From Octopus vulgaris (taxonomy: Eukaryota): a stretch of DNA of 64,000 bases. Each line of letters starts with the position of its first letter. The first letter of the stretch is position 1. Made by a program: the position numbers and the translations under genes. The notes under the pieces were generated by a model. That model saw nothing but the letters and a program-made list of their open reading frames with translations. It was not told the DNA's origin and searched no databases. Of this stretch, positions 24,791-38,590 are shown in pieces. The stretch spans positions 211,048,001 to 211,112,000 of the forward strand of contig OX597815.1 in NCBI GenBank assembly GCA_951406725.2, in the 5' to 3' direction.

Positions 24791-26741
24791 ATTTAATATG
24801 ATAAATTTGCTAAGTTATGAATTACTAAAAGCCATATCACTCAATTCTAATTCCCACCTTTAGAGCTTATTTTTACCTCTTTTGTTTTTCACTATATTCC
24901 CCTTTTATTTAATAATCTGTATAAGTACTAGTCACCCCTATTCTTCCTTCTTCTCGTTATCACCTCTTCCCCATCAGTCATTCTCTCATTAGCAGCTCTG
25001 AAACATATCCTTTTATGTAGATAAAGTTAGATATATGGTCCCAGTAAAATAAGGGTCTGGGAAGTTGTCTGACATCAATTAATTTATCACCATCAACTGG
25101 ACCATAGCTGACAACTCCCAATGGACTTAATTCTAAATGGCTGTAGAATATATGCTGCAATAAATCTTATAAATAAAAATGAATATAAATATAAATAACT
25201 ATCTCACCACTCCTATATCTTGACCCCTACTATTCTCCTCTGCTGTTCTCTAAATTATAGTAGGTTTAAGATATGCATTATTCTCTTAATTTATTCTGCC
25301 AAAAATATAACATAAGGAAAGAATGTAATTCTTTTTGGTTTCTAGAACTGATATAAATTTGCTAGAAGAGGTTTGTCTTTTATATTGAAAATCTATACGA
25401 TCATTTACGTCTGAGGAGATGTAATGTAATGTTTTCATTGGTCGATTAAAAGGAGCTGCTTGAAATTGCTGTAATGCACTGATACCTGGACATCCTTGCT
25501 ATTTATTGGTATATATGTATGTATATATAGGGAGAATTCACGAAAAAAACAAGACAAAGACAGGTGGTATAGAAAACAAACAGATGTATTAGTATAACAC
25601 TCGGGAATTGAAAAAGTCTTTTATGTTTCGAGCCTATGCTCTTCTACAGAAAGGAACACAGAAAGAAACAAGGAGAGAAAAAAAAATGTGTGTAGTGGCT
25701 ACACAGGCACACACACACTCATATATATATAACTTAGCATATTGGCAGAAGAGACCAGGCTTAAAGAAAATAAGTACTAGCTTTGATCAGTTTGACTAAA
25801 ACTTCTTCAAGGTGATATCCTAGCATGGCCTCACTCTAATGAGTAAAACAAGTAAAAGATAGATGATAAAAGATTTATGCTTGATATAGCCAGGTGGGTT
25901 CACACACAAAATATGCCAGTCACCATGCTGTACATCATGGTAGAATAACTTCTCACTTTTATTGCAACAGTGTGTTCAACACACTTGGCTCATTGGTGCA
26001 CAGGATTCAGGGACACCAGTGTTTCAACATGTGTCCCACCAGCCTGAGATACCCTGGCCTTCGAGCCTAAACTAAGCCAATGGATTTCTTTATACTTTCA
26101 GCAACAACTTATTGAAACACTGAAATTCCAGAATCCTGCCCACCAACAAACTGTGGCTAAGTTGTGATATCATCTTCTATTGTATAGTCAATTACATTGA
26201 CTTTAGTACTTATTTTATCAATTGTTGCATATTTTATTGAACTCAGAAAAGTAAGAAACTAAATTGAGCTGAACAAGTGTTGAGTCCTGTTGTGTCGATG
26301 CTCCCAGATGATGAAGTAGACTAGCCCAGTACGTAGATATAGAGGGAGAAGTCTAGACATCAAGGGTAGAGCGTAGAACAGAAGAGAACAGTAGAGTAGC
26401 AGTCGTAGTAGACTAGAACAGAATAGAGTCGAGCTGAGTTGAGTAGAAGGCATCTGAACATGTGACATAACAGCTCTGTATTTAAAAGAATATATTCTGC
26501 AATTCACCTGCTATTGTATTCAAATTTACCTTTCCTTTTTCTATAAATCAATAAATGCTATTATTATTGCATGTTATAAAAGAATATTGGATTGACAGAA
26601 CCATTTAAAGACCCAATAAAATGGTTTTTATTATAGCTCTTCACCTTTGAGTTCAAATTTCATGTAGAAGAAAACCTTAACTTTTTGTTCTTCCCAGAGT
26701 AACAAAACAAAATAACCAATTAAGTACTGTACTTACATATA

Positions 26742-26972
26742 TATTTCTTTACTACCCACAGGGGCTAAACACAGAGGGGACAAACAAGGACAGACAAACG
26801 GATTAAGTCTATTATATCAACCCCAGTGTGTAACTGGTACTTAATTTATCGACCCCGAAAGGATGAAAGGCAAAGTCAACCTCGGCGGAATTTGAACTCG
26901 GAACGTAACGACAGACGAAATACCGCTAAGCATTTCGCCCGGGATGCTAACGTTTCTGTCAGCTCGCCGCCT
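26742..26972 (-). mobile_element. SINE family C, full length
   Basis: Matches the family C consensus in reverse. Confidence 0.85.
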
Positions 26973-27519
26973 TACATACATATACTTACATATACTTGTG
27001 GTGGCATTCAGCCAGGGTGAGTTGAGCTGGCTCCGATTGTTTGGAGTTTCAGTGGTAATACAAGTTCACATGGGGTCCCTGGTCACATGCATTCACAGTT
27101 TGGGATAGTGTGATCCATAGCAGCTCTTCACATCAATTATTGACCATCACAGATGATTCACTGACCAAGTCACTGCCAGTAATTGGAGCAGATGTCTGGG
27201 TTTAAAGTGGGTTCTAGAGACATGCTCTAACAAATGCTAAGGGGTGGCAACTCCTACTTGTCTTCCAGCACGTTGGACACCAATCCAGAATTTATGAGAG
27301 CATGTGCTATCACTAGGTAGTTGCTGAATCATTCCCCCAAATTTGTGGTCTTGTGCTTATGTTAGACAGTTGTTAGATATTACAGTAAGGATTACATTAA
27401 TACTTTACAGGTGACAAAAATTCCTTTGTACCAGATTTAAGTAAAATAGAAGTTTCATAAAATTCTTCACACAACATCATTAAACACAAAATGAATTATT
27501 TAATTACTGGCTCACTATA

Positions 27520-28032
27520 TCTATATATATAAAACTGTAGTTGTGTGAGTGTCTGTCCCCTTCGATTTAGATTCCTAACTACTCCCACATTTTGCGGTGC
27601 AGTTTAACCAAATTCGGGTATCTTATAGTCGTGATTCATATCGAGCCCATCTGAGTATTAGCGCGCGTTAACGATGAGTCTACGATTTTAAAAATAATTT
27701 AACATAATTTTTTATTCCATTTTAATGCATAAATTTTCGTGTGTCGATGGCGGCGGAGTTGGCGTCCATGGTCACACCTGCACCTGTTTGCTACTCCCCC
27801 TTCTTCCCTCCCTCGTGAAGCTGTGGGGAAGGGAGTGTAAGGAAATCAACGTCGTAAAGCGTTGTCAAGGAGACCAGCGTTCTTTTAGAACAACGACTTC
27901 ATGGCTTGAAGACACCAAAACAGAAATGGCTAAGAAAGCCCGAATTGGCATCTATAAGGGAAGTAACTCTCTAAAAATGCTTATATAGTTATTTCCCTTA
28001 CAAACCCGAGCAACACCGGGCGATACTGCTAG
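27520..28032 (+). mobile_element. Non-autonomous Helitron, family 1
   Basis: A|TCTATATATATAAAA start; CCCGAGCAACACCGGG hairpin then CTAG|T end; second copy at 46842-47348. Confidence 0.85.
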
Positions 28033-28313
28033 TAATATATAAAACTATTACATAAAATTAGGCTCCCGATAAATTAGAATCACTTAATTTATTTTAGTTT
28101 CTGCTTGAAATCCTTTCATTTCAGTGACTTTTCATAATAAAGTAGAACTCAATGTTACATCTTAGTGACAATCTTCAACCATAATTTTTGCATCTGACTG
28201 AAAGAAACTAATATTTAAATCACATAAGTTAAATATTGATGTCATTGCAATTTGGAAACGAGTTTGATTCTTATTTGACCAGGAATTTTACTTAGCTTAT
28301 ATCAATCGGTCTG

Positions 28314-28706
28314 TACTCTTTTACTTGTTTCAGTCATTTGACTACGGCCCTGCTGGAGCACCGCCTTTAGTCGAGCAAATCGACCCCAGGACTTATTCTT
28401 TGTAAGCTTAGTACTTATTCTATCGGTCTCTTTTGCCGAACCACTAAGTTACGGGGACATAAACACACCAGCATCGGTTGTCAAGCGATGTTGGGAGGAC
28501 AAACACAAACACACACATATATATATACATATACATATATACGATGGGCTTCTTTCAGTTTCCGTCTACCAAATCCACTCACAAGGCTTTGGTCGGCCCA
28601 AGGCTATAGTAGATGACACTTGCCCAAGGTGCCACGCAGTGGGACTGAACCCGGAACCGTGTGGTTGGTAAGCAAGCTACTTGCCACACATCCACTCCTG
28701 TGCCTA
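28314..28706 (-). mobile_element. SINE family B, full length
   Basis: Matches 3492-3978. Confidence 0.85.
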
Positions 28707-29237
28707 TGTTGCTTAATGTGCTATAAATAGCAGCCAAATCCTTCTCAGATAGCACTCTACTGACTTAGAAATGTAAGAACATATTCAGCAACGTTGTTCT
28801 AGATAAATTATGTTAATGTTCTGCCTTGTAGGACAGAGAAATATGACATTTCAAATTGTCGAGCTATGTGTCTGCATGAACCAAAGAATAAGGAAAATAT
28901 CAGTCTATTTGCTGCTGGTGACAGAAGGAATTCTTATTTCCCCAATGTTGCTATGAAAATTATGAATATAAGATTGAAAACTGGCTCATTATCATCATCA
29001 TCATCATCATTTTAATGATCAGTTTTCTATTGAGGTGGATTTTCTTCAGCTTGATACCATTCCTGTTGCTGTTCCTCATTTATTTCCAAGTAAAGTAATA
29101 TTTGCTCTGACCAGACTTGTTTCAGGGAAGACTGGAAATGAAGGACTTCACTTGAATGACAGCCACATTCATTTGCAATTTCCACATGAAGTCAAGGGGA
29201 CAGTAAACACACACACACACACACTTATATATTCATA

Positions 29238-29478
29238 TGTGCTGGTGGCATGTGTAAAAGGATTTGAGTGAGGTCGTTGCCAGTACTGCCTGACTGGCCC
29301 TCGTGCCGGTGGCACATAAAAGCACCCACTACACTCTCGGAGTGGTTGGCGTTAGGTAGGGCATCCAGCTGTAGAAACTCTGCCAGATCAAGATTGGAGC
29401 CTGGTGCAGCCACCTGGTTTGCCGGCCCTCAGTCAAATCATCCAACCCATGCTAGCATGAAAATCGGATGATGATGAT
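29238..29478 (+). mobile_element. SINE-like family E, 3' part (a decayed family B fragment follows at 29482-29632)
   Basis: GGTTGGCGTTAGGTAGGGCATCCAGCTGTAGAAAC, ends in (ATG)n. Confidence 0.75.
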
Positions 29479-31349
29479 ATATACAATGGACTTCTTTCAG
29501 CTTTCCACTAACAGATCTACTCACTAGACTTTAGAGTTGAAGATCCTTTCCCAAGGTGCCACACATTGGAACTGAACTCAAGACCATGTTGATGGTAAAC
29601 AAACCCTTTGTCACACATCCACGCCGACACCTAAGTGCTTATTGTTAAATAGGAATGAACGAATCTAGTTTGAATTCAATGACTTTTAAAATAATTTGTC
29701 AGGGAACTATGCTTCAAATCTGACAAATTTATAAGAATTCATGAAAGAGAATTCCAGTCCTTACTCAAAGATAACGCCACCACGATAAAGATTATTACTG
29801 AAATGTGTGAAGAATAAAGTGTATAGGTAATCACCAGGAAGCAACTTCACTTGATATGTAGAATGGGAATAGGTTGAAATAAATTGAATATTTTACACTT
29901 TGAGCCAGCAAACTAAAAAAAAATTTTACCAAAGACTCAATGGAGTATATGGATGGATTGACAGTAAATTAAATTTAGACATGCCAAATATTCTGAAGTT
30001 GTTATGGAATGCAAGGGAAGACTGAAAAATTTATAGGAAGTAATGAGGTCACATCCTACCTTGCTGGGCTTCACGTATAAGATGATGCAGGTAGAGAGGA
30101 GTAGCAATATGCTGTATGACAGAGCTGACTAACGGGAAGAATGGGCACCAAACATAAGGAAGAAGAGAGGGTGAAGAAGGGAGGTGGATGATGATGATAA
30201 CAATGAGGTTGACAATGATGATAATGATAATTTTGGTGGTGGTTGCTGTGATGTTACCGAGAGGAATATCATTATATTATATAAGGTATCTTATATAATT
30301 TAAGATGAAAATAAACCTATTAAACTTTCTGATGTAATAATCTATGTAAGAAACTAACTTTTCAGATGACATGTAAAACATGAAATTTTGTTATTAGCAG
30401 ATTTCAAACTTAATTTTATATTTTTTGTTTTGTTTTGTTTTCTTTTGTGGTTTTTTTTTTTTCCACAATGCCTGAAGTTATAAATTTTAAATTGTTTCTT
30501 GTTCTGATTTTATTTTTACACTCGAAAGTAATCATAGATTTAATTAAATCATTCCTATCACATTCATGATTTTATTTTCTTTCAATTTCAAAATCAAATA
30601 ACACACATTGATTTGCTAATGCTTAAAACAGCACATTTCAAGAATCATTGAAAATGCCATATTTAATCTACATTTTCTAGATCTCCAAGTACCAATATTT
30701 CTTCTAATAGTATGCAACAGAGAACAATGAAAGGAAATGTTTAAAAAAAATTATCCAAGACATTAGAATTGGTTGGCAACCAAATTGGTAGATTTTAAGA
30801 GATTTATAAAAGTGGATGAAAGACTTTGGAACAATAGCAATAAAATGAATAGCAGTAATATAACACCACAAACTACATTTAAGCCTTCATTATTTAACTG
30901 TCAATATTGTGAAAGAGAAAAATATACATATCTACATATGTAAACTTTCCTTTTCTTCTTAACTTGAAAGCATTACAACTCAGAAATCTTCAGTTAAATA
31001 TGGAACATGATAGCAACTCTTTCACTTTACAACTTTACAGGAAATAATTTTTATTGATCTTCAAAGTGTAGTTTGAATAACAGAATGACTAGCACATTAG
31101 GTGATGAAATTTTTATTGTGGTATTATCCATGGAGAGTAAAACAGTAATATTTGAAAAAATGCTCATGAATCCAAACTATTGACAATCAATTTTCCATAC
31201 GACTACTATTACTACTGCTACTACTACAACTTCTTTTTCTTGATCTTTAATAATACGACAACATAGTATTGTTAAAAAAAGCCACAGATTTCTGATAAAT
31301 GCAGGCTGTTCAGAAGGAAATGCTAGTTTCCTATGATTAAAGAATCAAA

Positions 31350-31575
31350 ATTCCTTCCTGAACCATAGGCTCTTGAGGCTGGTTTCCTTCGTTCTCTGGC
31401 ATATATATACCCCACCCACACTCTGGACAGGACACTCATTTCTACTGGCTGAGTGCACTGAAGCAATGTGAAATGAAGTGTTTCACTCAAGAACACAATG
31501 CATTGCCCAGTCCAGGAATTGAAACCATAGTCTTATGATCATGAGTGCAACACCTCTAACCACTTAGCTATATAC
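31350..31575 (-). mobile_element. Decayed SINE, family D head with a type-2-like tail
   Basis: GAAATGAAGTG..CTCAAGAACACAA..CCAGGAATTGAAACC; the tail resembles 2520-2590. Confidence 0.55.
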
Positions 31576-31658
31576 CCCTGCTGTTTCTCTTGATGCTCCA
31601 CCATGGCTGCAGTCAAATGACTGAAACAAGTAAAAGAGCCAAAGAGTCAAAGAGTCAA

Positions 31659-31860
31659 AGGCAGTGATCTGGTAGAACCATCAGCACACCAGGCGAAATG
31701 TTTAGCAGCCTTTCATCCAATTTAACGTTCTGAGTTCAAATTCTGCCAAGGTCTTTTCATGATTAATAAAATAAGTAACAGTTGAACACCGGGGTCGATG
31801 TAATTGACTTAACTTCACCCCTGAACTTGCTGGCCTTGTGCCAGACTTTGAAACCAATAT
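31659..31860 (+). mobile_element. SINE family C, decayed
   Basis: GAGTTCAAATTCTGCC, GGGGTCGATGTAAT. Confidence 0.65.
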
Positions 31861-32076
31861 TCAAAATTGTATCAGAAACTAGCACCATCAAATAAGAGTC
31901 TAGTTTTATTTTCAATGGAAATGTTCGTGGATCAAAAGGGAATGGTTCAAAAGTGAATGCACTGGAGATGTAGAATATGCTTGCTTGACCCTTTTTACTG
32001 AAATGCTTTTCCTCATCCTTTTCTTTCTATTTTTTCCCAGTGTTTTGACAATTCTTTTTTACAGTTAGACAGCCAC

Positions 32077-32540
32077 ATCATCATCATCATCATCGTTTAA
32101 AGTCCGCTTTTCATACTAGCATGGGTTGGACGGTTCAACTGGGGTCTGGGAAGCCAGAAGGCTGCACCAGGCTCCAGTCTGATCTGGCAGCGTTTCTACA
32201 GCTGGATGCCCTTCCTAATGCTAACCACTCCGTGAGTGTAGTGGGTGCTTTTTACGTGCCACTGGCACAGGTGCCAGACGAGGCTGGGAAACGGCCACGA
32301 TCGGATGGTGCTTTTTACGTGCCACCGGCACAGAGACCAAACGAAGCTGGCAACGGCCATGGTCGGAATGGTGCTTTTTACGTGCCACCAGCACGGAAGC
32401 CAGTCAAGGCAGCGCTGGCTACGGCCATGTTCGGATGGTTCTCTTACGTGCCCCCGGCACTGGTATCACAGCTACAAATTCCACTGATGTTGATAGATTA
32501 CGATTTTGATTTTGATTTTCACTTGCCTCAGGTCTTCACA
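32077..32540 (-). mobile_element. SINE-like family E with four internal tandem units
   Basis: (CAT)n end, GGATGCCCTTCCTAA, repeated GGTGCTTTTTACGTGCCAC. Confidence 0.8.
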
Positions 32541-32986
32541 TAAAAACAAAAAGCTTCAGGAATATATATAACTATAACCTACATTTGCAAAAATGTATTG
32601 AATCAAACACAGGTTTCTCTTTACTTAAACCCGTTTTGTTTTTTGTTTTTTGGTTTTTTCGTTTTAAGTCTATCTCACGTTCCTTTCAAATCTTACTCTA
32701 TAAAACCGACATTAATTTTGGGAAATCTTTAAAATATTGTGTATCCATGGTTGTGTTTTAAAGAAATTCGCCTTATAACCAATGTGGTTTTAAGTTCAGT
32801 CTCACCGTGTGGCACCTTGGACAAGTGTCTTCTACTATAGCACCAGGCCAGCCAAAGCCTTGAGAGAAGATTTGCTAGTTGGGAACTGGAAGAAATCCTT
32901 TGTATATGCTTACATATTTGTGTGTGTATGTGTGTATGGTATCTGAATATATAGTTATGTAAATGAATTTGTATTTCCTTGTCAAT

Positions 32987-33157
32987 AGGCACAGGAGTGG
33001 TTGTGTCGTAAGTAGCTTGTTTACCAACCACATGGTTCCGGGTTCAGTCCCACTGCATAGCACTTTGGGTAAATGTCTTCTTCTATAGCCTCAGCCAACC
33101 AAAGCTTTGTGAGTGGATTTGGTAGATGGAAACTGAAAGAAGCCTATTGCATATATG

Positions 33158-33190
<33 letters not shown>

Positions 33191-33404
33191 ATATGTTTGT
33201 GTGTCTGTGTTTGTTCCACCAGCATCGCTTGACAACCGATGCTGGTGTGTTTATGTCCCCGTAACTTAGCAGTTTGGCAAAAGAGACCGATAGAATAAGT
33301 ACTAGGCTTACAAAGAATAAGTCCTGGGGTCGATTTGCTCGACTAAAGGCAGTGCTCCAGCATGGCCACAGCCAAATGACTGAAACAAGTAAAAGAGTAA
33401 AAGA
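32987..33404 (+). mobile_element. SINE family B, full length (a decayed copy precedes it at 32770-32900)
   Basis: AGGCACAGGAGTGG head to GAAACAAGTAAAAGAGTAA tail. Confidence 0.85.
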
Positions 33405-34254
33405 GGGTATACCTGTCCTTTCACTGTGTGTAAACAAAAGGTTTGTTAATCCCCCATATAAATCATATCCATGCTGCTTGTTGCTTGAAAGACTGAGAAA
33501 TTATTACCCCATTTAGCAACAAGTGTGGGTTGGCAATAAGCAGGGTATTACACAGTTGAAAATCTTTCCCCATCATATTCTTATTTACCCGTGGTAACAT
33601 GGAAAAAGTAGATATTAAAATGATGGCGATGTCAAAACAACAACCTTTTTGGAAATGAATTTAGAAAGTTTAACACAGTGTTGTTTGAATTATTTTCCAA
33701 AAATAATTCCCTTTTAGAATCAGGATTTCAACAGCAAAGCAATTTAGAAAACTCACTGATTCAATGTTTATGCTGAACATACACAAAACTGCGGATGAAA
33801 ATTATTAAATTTCTTTTTGCTGTTCACAGAAATGTTATTCACTTCAATTATATGTATTGTTACAACTAATTCACTGTTAGGAATTAATTACATTGCCAAT
33901 ATTATTGTTGCCATTGTTATTTTTTCCTTTTAATTAAGTGTCCATTATGTGCAGCCATAGTTAAAATAATTTGATTTATTAAGGTAAATGTTACACCAAT
34001 TATTTAATTAATAAAATAAGTGTAAAGCTACTTTATTAAACTGCAGGTTAATAAGCTTTATACAAGGTATATATAAAAGTCAGTTAGATCTTAATTAGCA
34101 GCTGCAGCATCAACTCATCTGATTATGACAGAAAAGTTTATTTGAACAAAACCACCAAGTATTTGGATGATCATTTCCATTGCTCTGATTTCTGTGTGAT
34201 AATAGGCTTAAGTTAGACAAAACTGGCAACATTTAGAATATGCATATAAAACAG

Positions 34255-34786
34255 TGGCCTATGCCAGGGGTGTAACCAGTCCACTTATGCATGCCTTTCT
34301 TTCCTGGGACACTAAACTTTGCTTGCAAAGACTTGTTGAGGCAAGTGAAATCGAAATCAAATTCGATGACTGGCATCCGTGCTAGTGGAGCGCTAAGAGT
34401 TCCATATGAGTGAGATCAGGGCCAGAGTAACAAGCTGACCTCCGAGCCAATGGCATGTTAAAAACACCATTTAAGCGTGATCGTTACCTGTGTCGCCTTA
34501 CTGGCACTTGTGCTGGTGGCACATGAAAAAAACATTCGAGCGTGGTTGTTGCCAGTGCCGCTGGAGTGGCTCCTGTGCAGGTGGCACATAAAAAGCACCA
34601 TTTGAGTGTGGCCATTGCCAGTCCCACCTGACTGGCCCTCATGCCGGTGGCACATAAAAGCACCCACTACACTCTCGAACTGGTTGGCATTAGGAAGGGC
34701 AGCCAACTGGTTTGCCAGACCGCAGTCAAATCGTCCAACCCATGCTAACATGGAAAGCAGATGTTAAACAATGATGATGATGATGA
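34255..34786 (+). mobile_element. SINE-like family E, longest copy
   Basis: Tandem units, AGGAAGGGCA block, (ATG)n tail. Confidence 0.75.
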
Positions 34787-34798
34787 GTTAAAACATGA

Positions 34799-35005
34799 AG
34801 GGCAGTAAACTGGTAAAATCGTAAGCGTGTTGGATGAAATGCTTAGCAGCATTTCTTCTAGTTCTTTATGTTCTGTGTTCATACTCCACTGAGGTTGAAT
34901 TTGCTGTCATCCTTTTGGGGTTGATAGAATAAGCACTAGTAAAGTACTGGGGTTCATGTAATCGACTTTCCTCTTCTCTCAGAATTGCTGATCTTGTGTT
35001 AAAAT
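34799..35005 (+). mobile_element. SINE family C, strongly decayed
   Basis: GAAATGCTTAGCAGCATTTC, CATCCTTTTGGGGTTGATA. Confidence 0.55.
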
Positions 35006-35032
35006 TAGGGTTGTAGTTAAACCATGTGAAGG

Positions 35033-35334
35033 AGCCCCTTCAGTTGTTAATGACCATTGGATTGCACCTAGAATTTTCCTCTCCAACGCACAAGTCTGAG
35101 TAAGGTAGTTCATGGAAGGCCAGCAATTGCCCATGCATACCAACCTTCTCTCTATTCATCGCCGATGTTATCCAAGGGAAAGGCAAAGGTCAATACAGCT
35201 TGGTACCAGTGAACTGAAGCAACAGGAAATTAAGTCTTGCTTAAGAATACAACACACAGCCTGGTCCAGAAATCGAACTCATTACTTCATGATTGTGAGT
35301 CTGTTGCCATAACCACTGAGCCATGTGTCTTTAC
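35033..35334 (-). mobile_element. SINE family D
   Basis: Matches 636-912. Confidence 0.7.
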
Positions 35335-35963
35335 AAAAATTATGTATCAAAGAACAAAAAACATGTTATTCAAAAGACACCTTTCGTTGATTAGCTGGAA
35401 CTGGAGAAGGTACTAAAAAGGAACTACAAGCTAAAGTTATTGAGCCAAGTATTCTTTATAGTACTGTAAATTTTAGTCAGAGAAAGTTTTACTCATTTAG
35501 AAAAGAGAAGATATTATGCATCACTCTTAAAAGAAGGTGTAATATATAGGCTTGCATGCACCATTGAAGATTCTACCACACCTGTTTTGATTAGGTCATA
35601 ACAGCAAATCTCTTTATCAGCAAGTTCTATTCTGCACTTTGACACATCATTTACGAAGCTGTTTATGATGAAATAAACTAATTCTTGATCTATTTCAATG
35701 GATAATCCCATTATCAAACTTAGTTCTTAAGCTTATTAACACAATATTCACTTTTTCTTCTGCAGAACATTTTCTTCCAATTTATACCTTTGTTATCATT
35801 GCACATGCTACATTATTTTCAACCTATTTTCATCAACCTTAAACCCACCTAACATTGTTTAAAGGTAGAAAAAAATCTCTGAGATGGAAGAAATTAAAGA
35901 TAAACTGCAAGTTTGAAAATAAGTAGTTGCAAAAGAAAAATTAAGATAAACAGAAATTCTTAT

Positions 35964-36133
35964 AGGCGCAGGAGTGGCTGTGTGGTAAGCAGCTTGCTTA
36001 CGAACCACATGGTTCCGGGTTCAGTCCCACTGTGTGGCACCTTGGGCAAGTGTCTTTTACTATAGCCTCGGGCCGACCAAAGCCTTGTGAGTGGATTTAG
36101 TAGACGGAAACTGAAAGAAGCCCATTGTATATA

Positions 36134-36202
<69 letters not shown>

Positions 36203-36428
36203 GTGTGTGTATATGATTGTGTGTCTGTGTTTGTCCCCCCCAACATCGCTTGACAACCGATGCTGGTGTGTTTACGTCCCCATACCGTAACGTAGCAGTT
36301 CGGCAAAGAGACCAATAGAATAAGTACTAGGCTTACAAAGAATAAGTCCTGGGGGTCAATTTGCTCAACTGAAGGCGGTGCTCCAGCATGGCCACAGTCA
36401 AATGACTGAAACAAGTGAAAGAGTAAAA
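35964..36428 (+). mobile_element. SINE family B, full length
   Basis: Head, CORE-like block, expanded TA microsatellite and tail. Confidence 0.85.
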
Positions 36429-36705
36429 GGGTGAAAGAGAAAATTATATCTGAATATTTTTATCACACCTTTCCACTGTCTTTGTTCTAGAAGTGCAAAT
36501 TTCATAGACTTGAAGAAGCAACAAGCTAAAAGAAAAAAAAATAAAGGACAGCAGATTTTATATATCCCCACTGAGCCATACATATCATCTGTAACAATTT
36601 AGTTTTTGCATTTTTTTTATTATGTCATAAATGCTGCCTGGTAGTAGAGCTTGCGTTCATGCAAGTTTTACATTTTAGAGCTCATTATTTAGATTTCAGT
36701 ACATA

Positions 36706-36751
<46 letters not shown>

Positions 36752-37663
36752 AGAGAGAGAGAGAGAGACAGAGACAGAGAGAGACAGAAACAGAGAGAGA
36801 CACACACACACACACTTAAGATATCATTTATGAGTTGACTATGACTCTTACTGTGACCTATCAGTGATACAGCAATTTTTCTCTTGCAGATCCTGTTTAT
36901 TGGAATTTTTTTCCTTTCAAAACTTATTGTTTCAGTACTTCTATGTGAAGTCTTATTTGGGAAATGTTACCAAAGCTGTTGATTTGATATGTGATATATC
37001 TCCATTTGTTTTATTTAACCAGATCAGCAAATATTATATTTGATTAAGAATCCTCTACATTCAGAAATTGAGTTTTTCCCCAGATAATGGTGTTTTCTTT
37101 CTACTTTACATAAAGCTATCATAGCTTTATGACTCTTCAAAGTGGAGACATCAAGATGTCATGAGAGTTTTCACACAATTAGAAAGCTCTCAAAGAAAAA
37201 TGTGCTAAAAATTGGACCAAGTAGAAAAGGGAATTGAACAACTGCAATGGTGTTTTCTACAATCAGTTTCTCTCTAACTTTCCCCTGAGTCTTCTTTTCA
37301 TTCAGTGTGTGTGTGTGTGTGTGTAATCTGAATAAGAAGACAAAGAGAGAGCTTACAACGCCTTTGATGACCAGTTACAATTGTTTTTAACATCATTGTA
37401 TGCAAATTTTCAGTGTGGAAAGTTATGTAATATTTGCAGCTTTAAACATCAGAGCAGCACTTATTCAACCTTGCATCAAAGGTGCACTCTTACATTGTGC
37501 ATCTGCCAAGCATCGCATTTTGCAATGCACAATGTAAGAGCTTTCCTTGTGGTACAGAAACATTTGTAACTGGTCCTTAAAGACGGGCCAAACTTTTTGT
37601 CTTCTTATTCGGATTATATTTTACTCTTCGCTAAACCCACACACTGTTTTTTTTTTTTTTTTT

Positions 37664-37830
37664 TACCAATGTGACACTCGGATTTCCTACTCAAGTAGAA
37701 TTTCAATCTTACTTAAGACTACAATTGAAGAGTGGAGATAGCCTCAAGCTTAGGTGGAGTGCGACATTGGAAATACACCCCCACCTTCCTACACTTCCGG
37801 GATCTTTATATATACACAGACAGACAGGCA
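37664..37830. mobile_element. Candidate DINE/HINE-like (Helentron-associated) fragment
   Basis: Poly-T, then CCAATGTGACACTC ... GAGTGCGACATTGG (14-bp inverted repeat, 2 mismatches), then simple repeats. Confidence 0.35.
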
Positions 37831-37850
37831 TGCATACATATGTACGTACC

Positions 37851-38082
37851 TATTTCTTTACTATCCACGAGGGGCTAATCACAGAGGGGACAAACAAGGA
37901 CAGACAAACAGATTAAGTCGATTACATCGACCCCAGGGCGTAATTGGTACTTAATTTATCGACCCCGAAAGGATGAAAGGCAAAGTCGACCTCGGCAGAA
38001 TTTGAACTCAGAACGTAACGGCAGACGAAATACGGCTAAGCATTTCGCCCGGCGTGCAAACGTTTCTGCCAGCTAGCCGCTT
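37851..38082 (-). mobile_element. SINE family C, full length
   Basis: Matches the family consensus. Confidence 0.85.
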
Positions 38083-38318
38083 TTACCTCACAAAACTATT
38101 TAGGCTAATGATAGAAATCCCATGACCAAAAACGAAGTTAAGAAATCTGACATAGCAGGAAAAGTGTGATTTAACTGTATCCATGAAATATTTTTCCTAT
38201 ATAATTATCTACATCAACACTTCACCACATTATTAGATATAAAAAAAAGGGAAGACTGTCAATATGTGGTGCTCAAATATGACCATCAAAAAATCCATTG
38301 TAGACAATTAGAATATGG

Positions 38319-38390
38319 ATTTAAATAATTTATGCCTAAGCTGAATTCGCGTGAATTTAAATAATTTATGCCTAAGCTGAATTCGCGTGA
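38319..38390. repeat. Perfect 36-bp tandem duplication
   Basis: (atttaaataatttatgcctaagctgaattcgcgtga)x2. Confidence 0.95.
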
Positions 38391-38459
38391 AACATTAAAT
38401 GCTTTGTGTTAAAAAAAAAAAAAGCGTGTGCTTGAATTTCCCATCGCTTGTAATATAAT

Positions 38460-38590
38460 GTACCTGCCACGTGATCAGACTGACATGATTGGCTGAAACG
38501 TAACCTAAGTATATATTTTATTACTTTATATCGTTGTAGAGAACTGTTTCTTTCTCCCAGACGAAATTACTTCCCCGAAAGGTAAGACTC
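38460..38590 (+). promoter_or_regulatory. Candidate Pol II promoter and short first exon
   Basis: E-box CACGTG 38468, inverted CCAAT 38488, TATATAT 38510, donor AAG|GTAAGA at 38581/38582. Confidence 0.35.

Noticed and set aside
26296-26571. Solo LTR (TG..CA with AATAAA)
   Set aside because: No convincing TSD or second copy in the window.
27725-27988. Duplicated small gene (same peptide at 46876-47127)
   Set aside because: Both ORFs lie inside copies of one non-autonomous Helitron and have different starts.
35514-35717. Protein-like minus ORF
   Set aside because: Non-ATG start, stops in the flanking frames, and no recognisable motif or splice sites.
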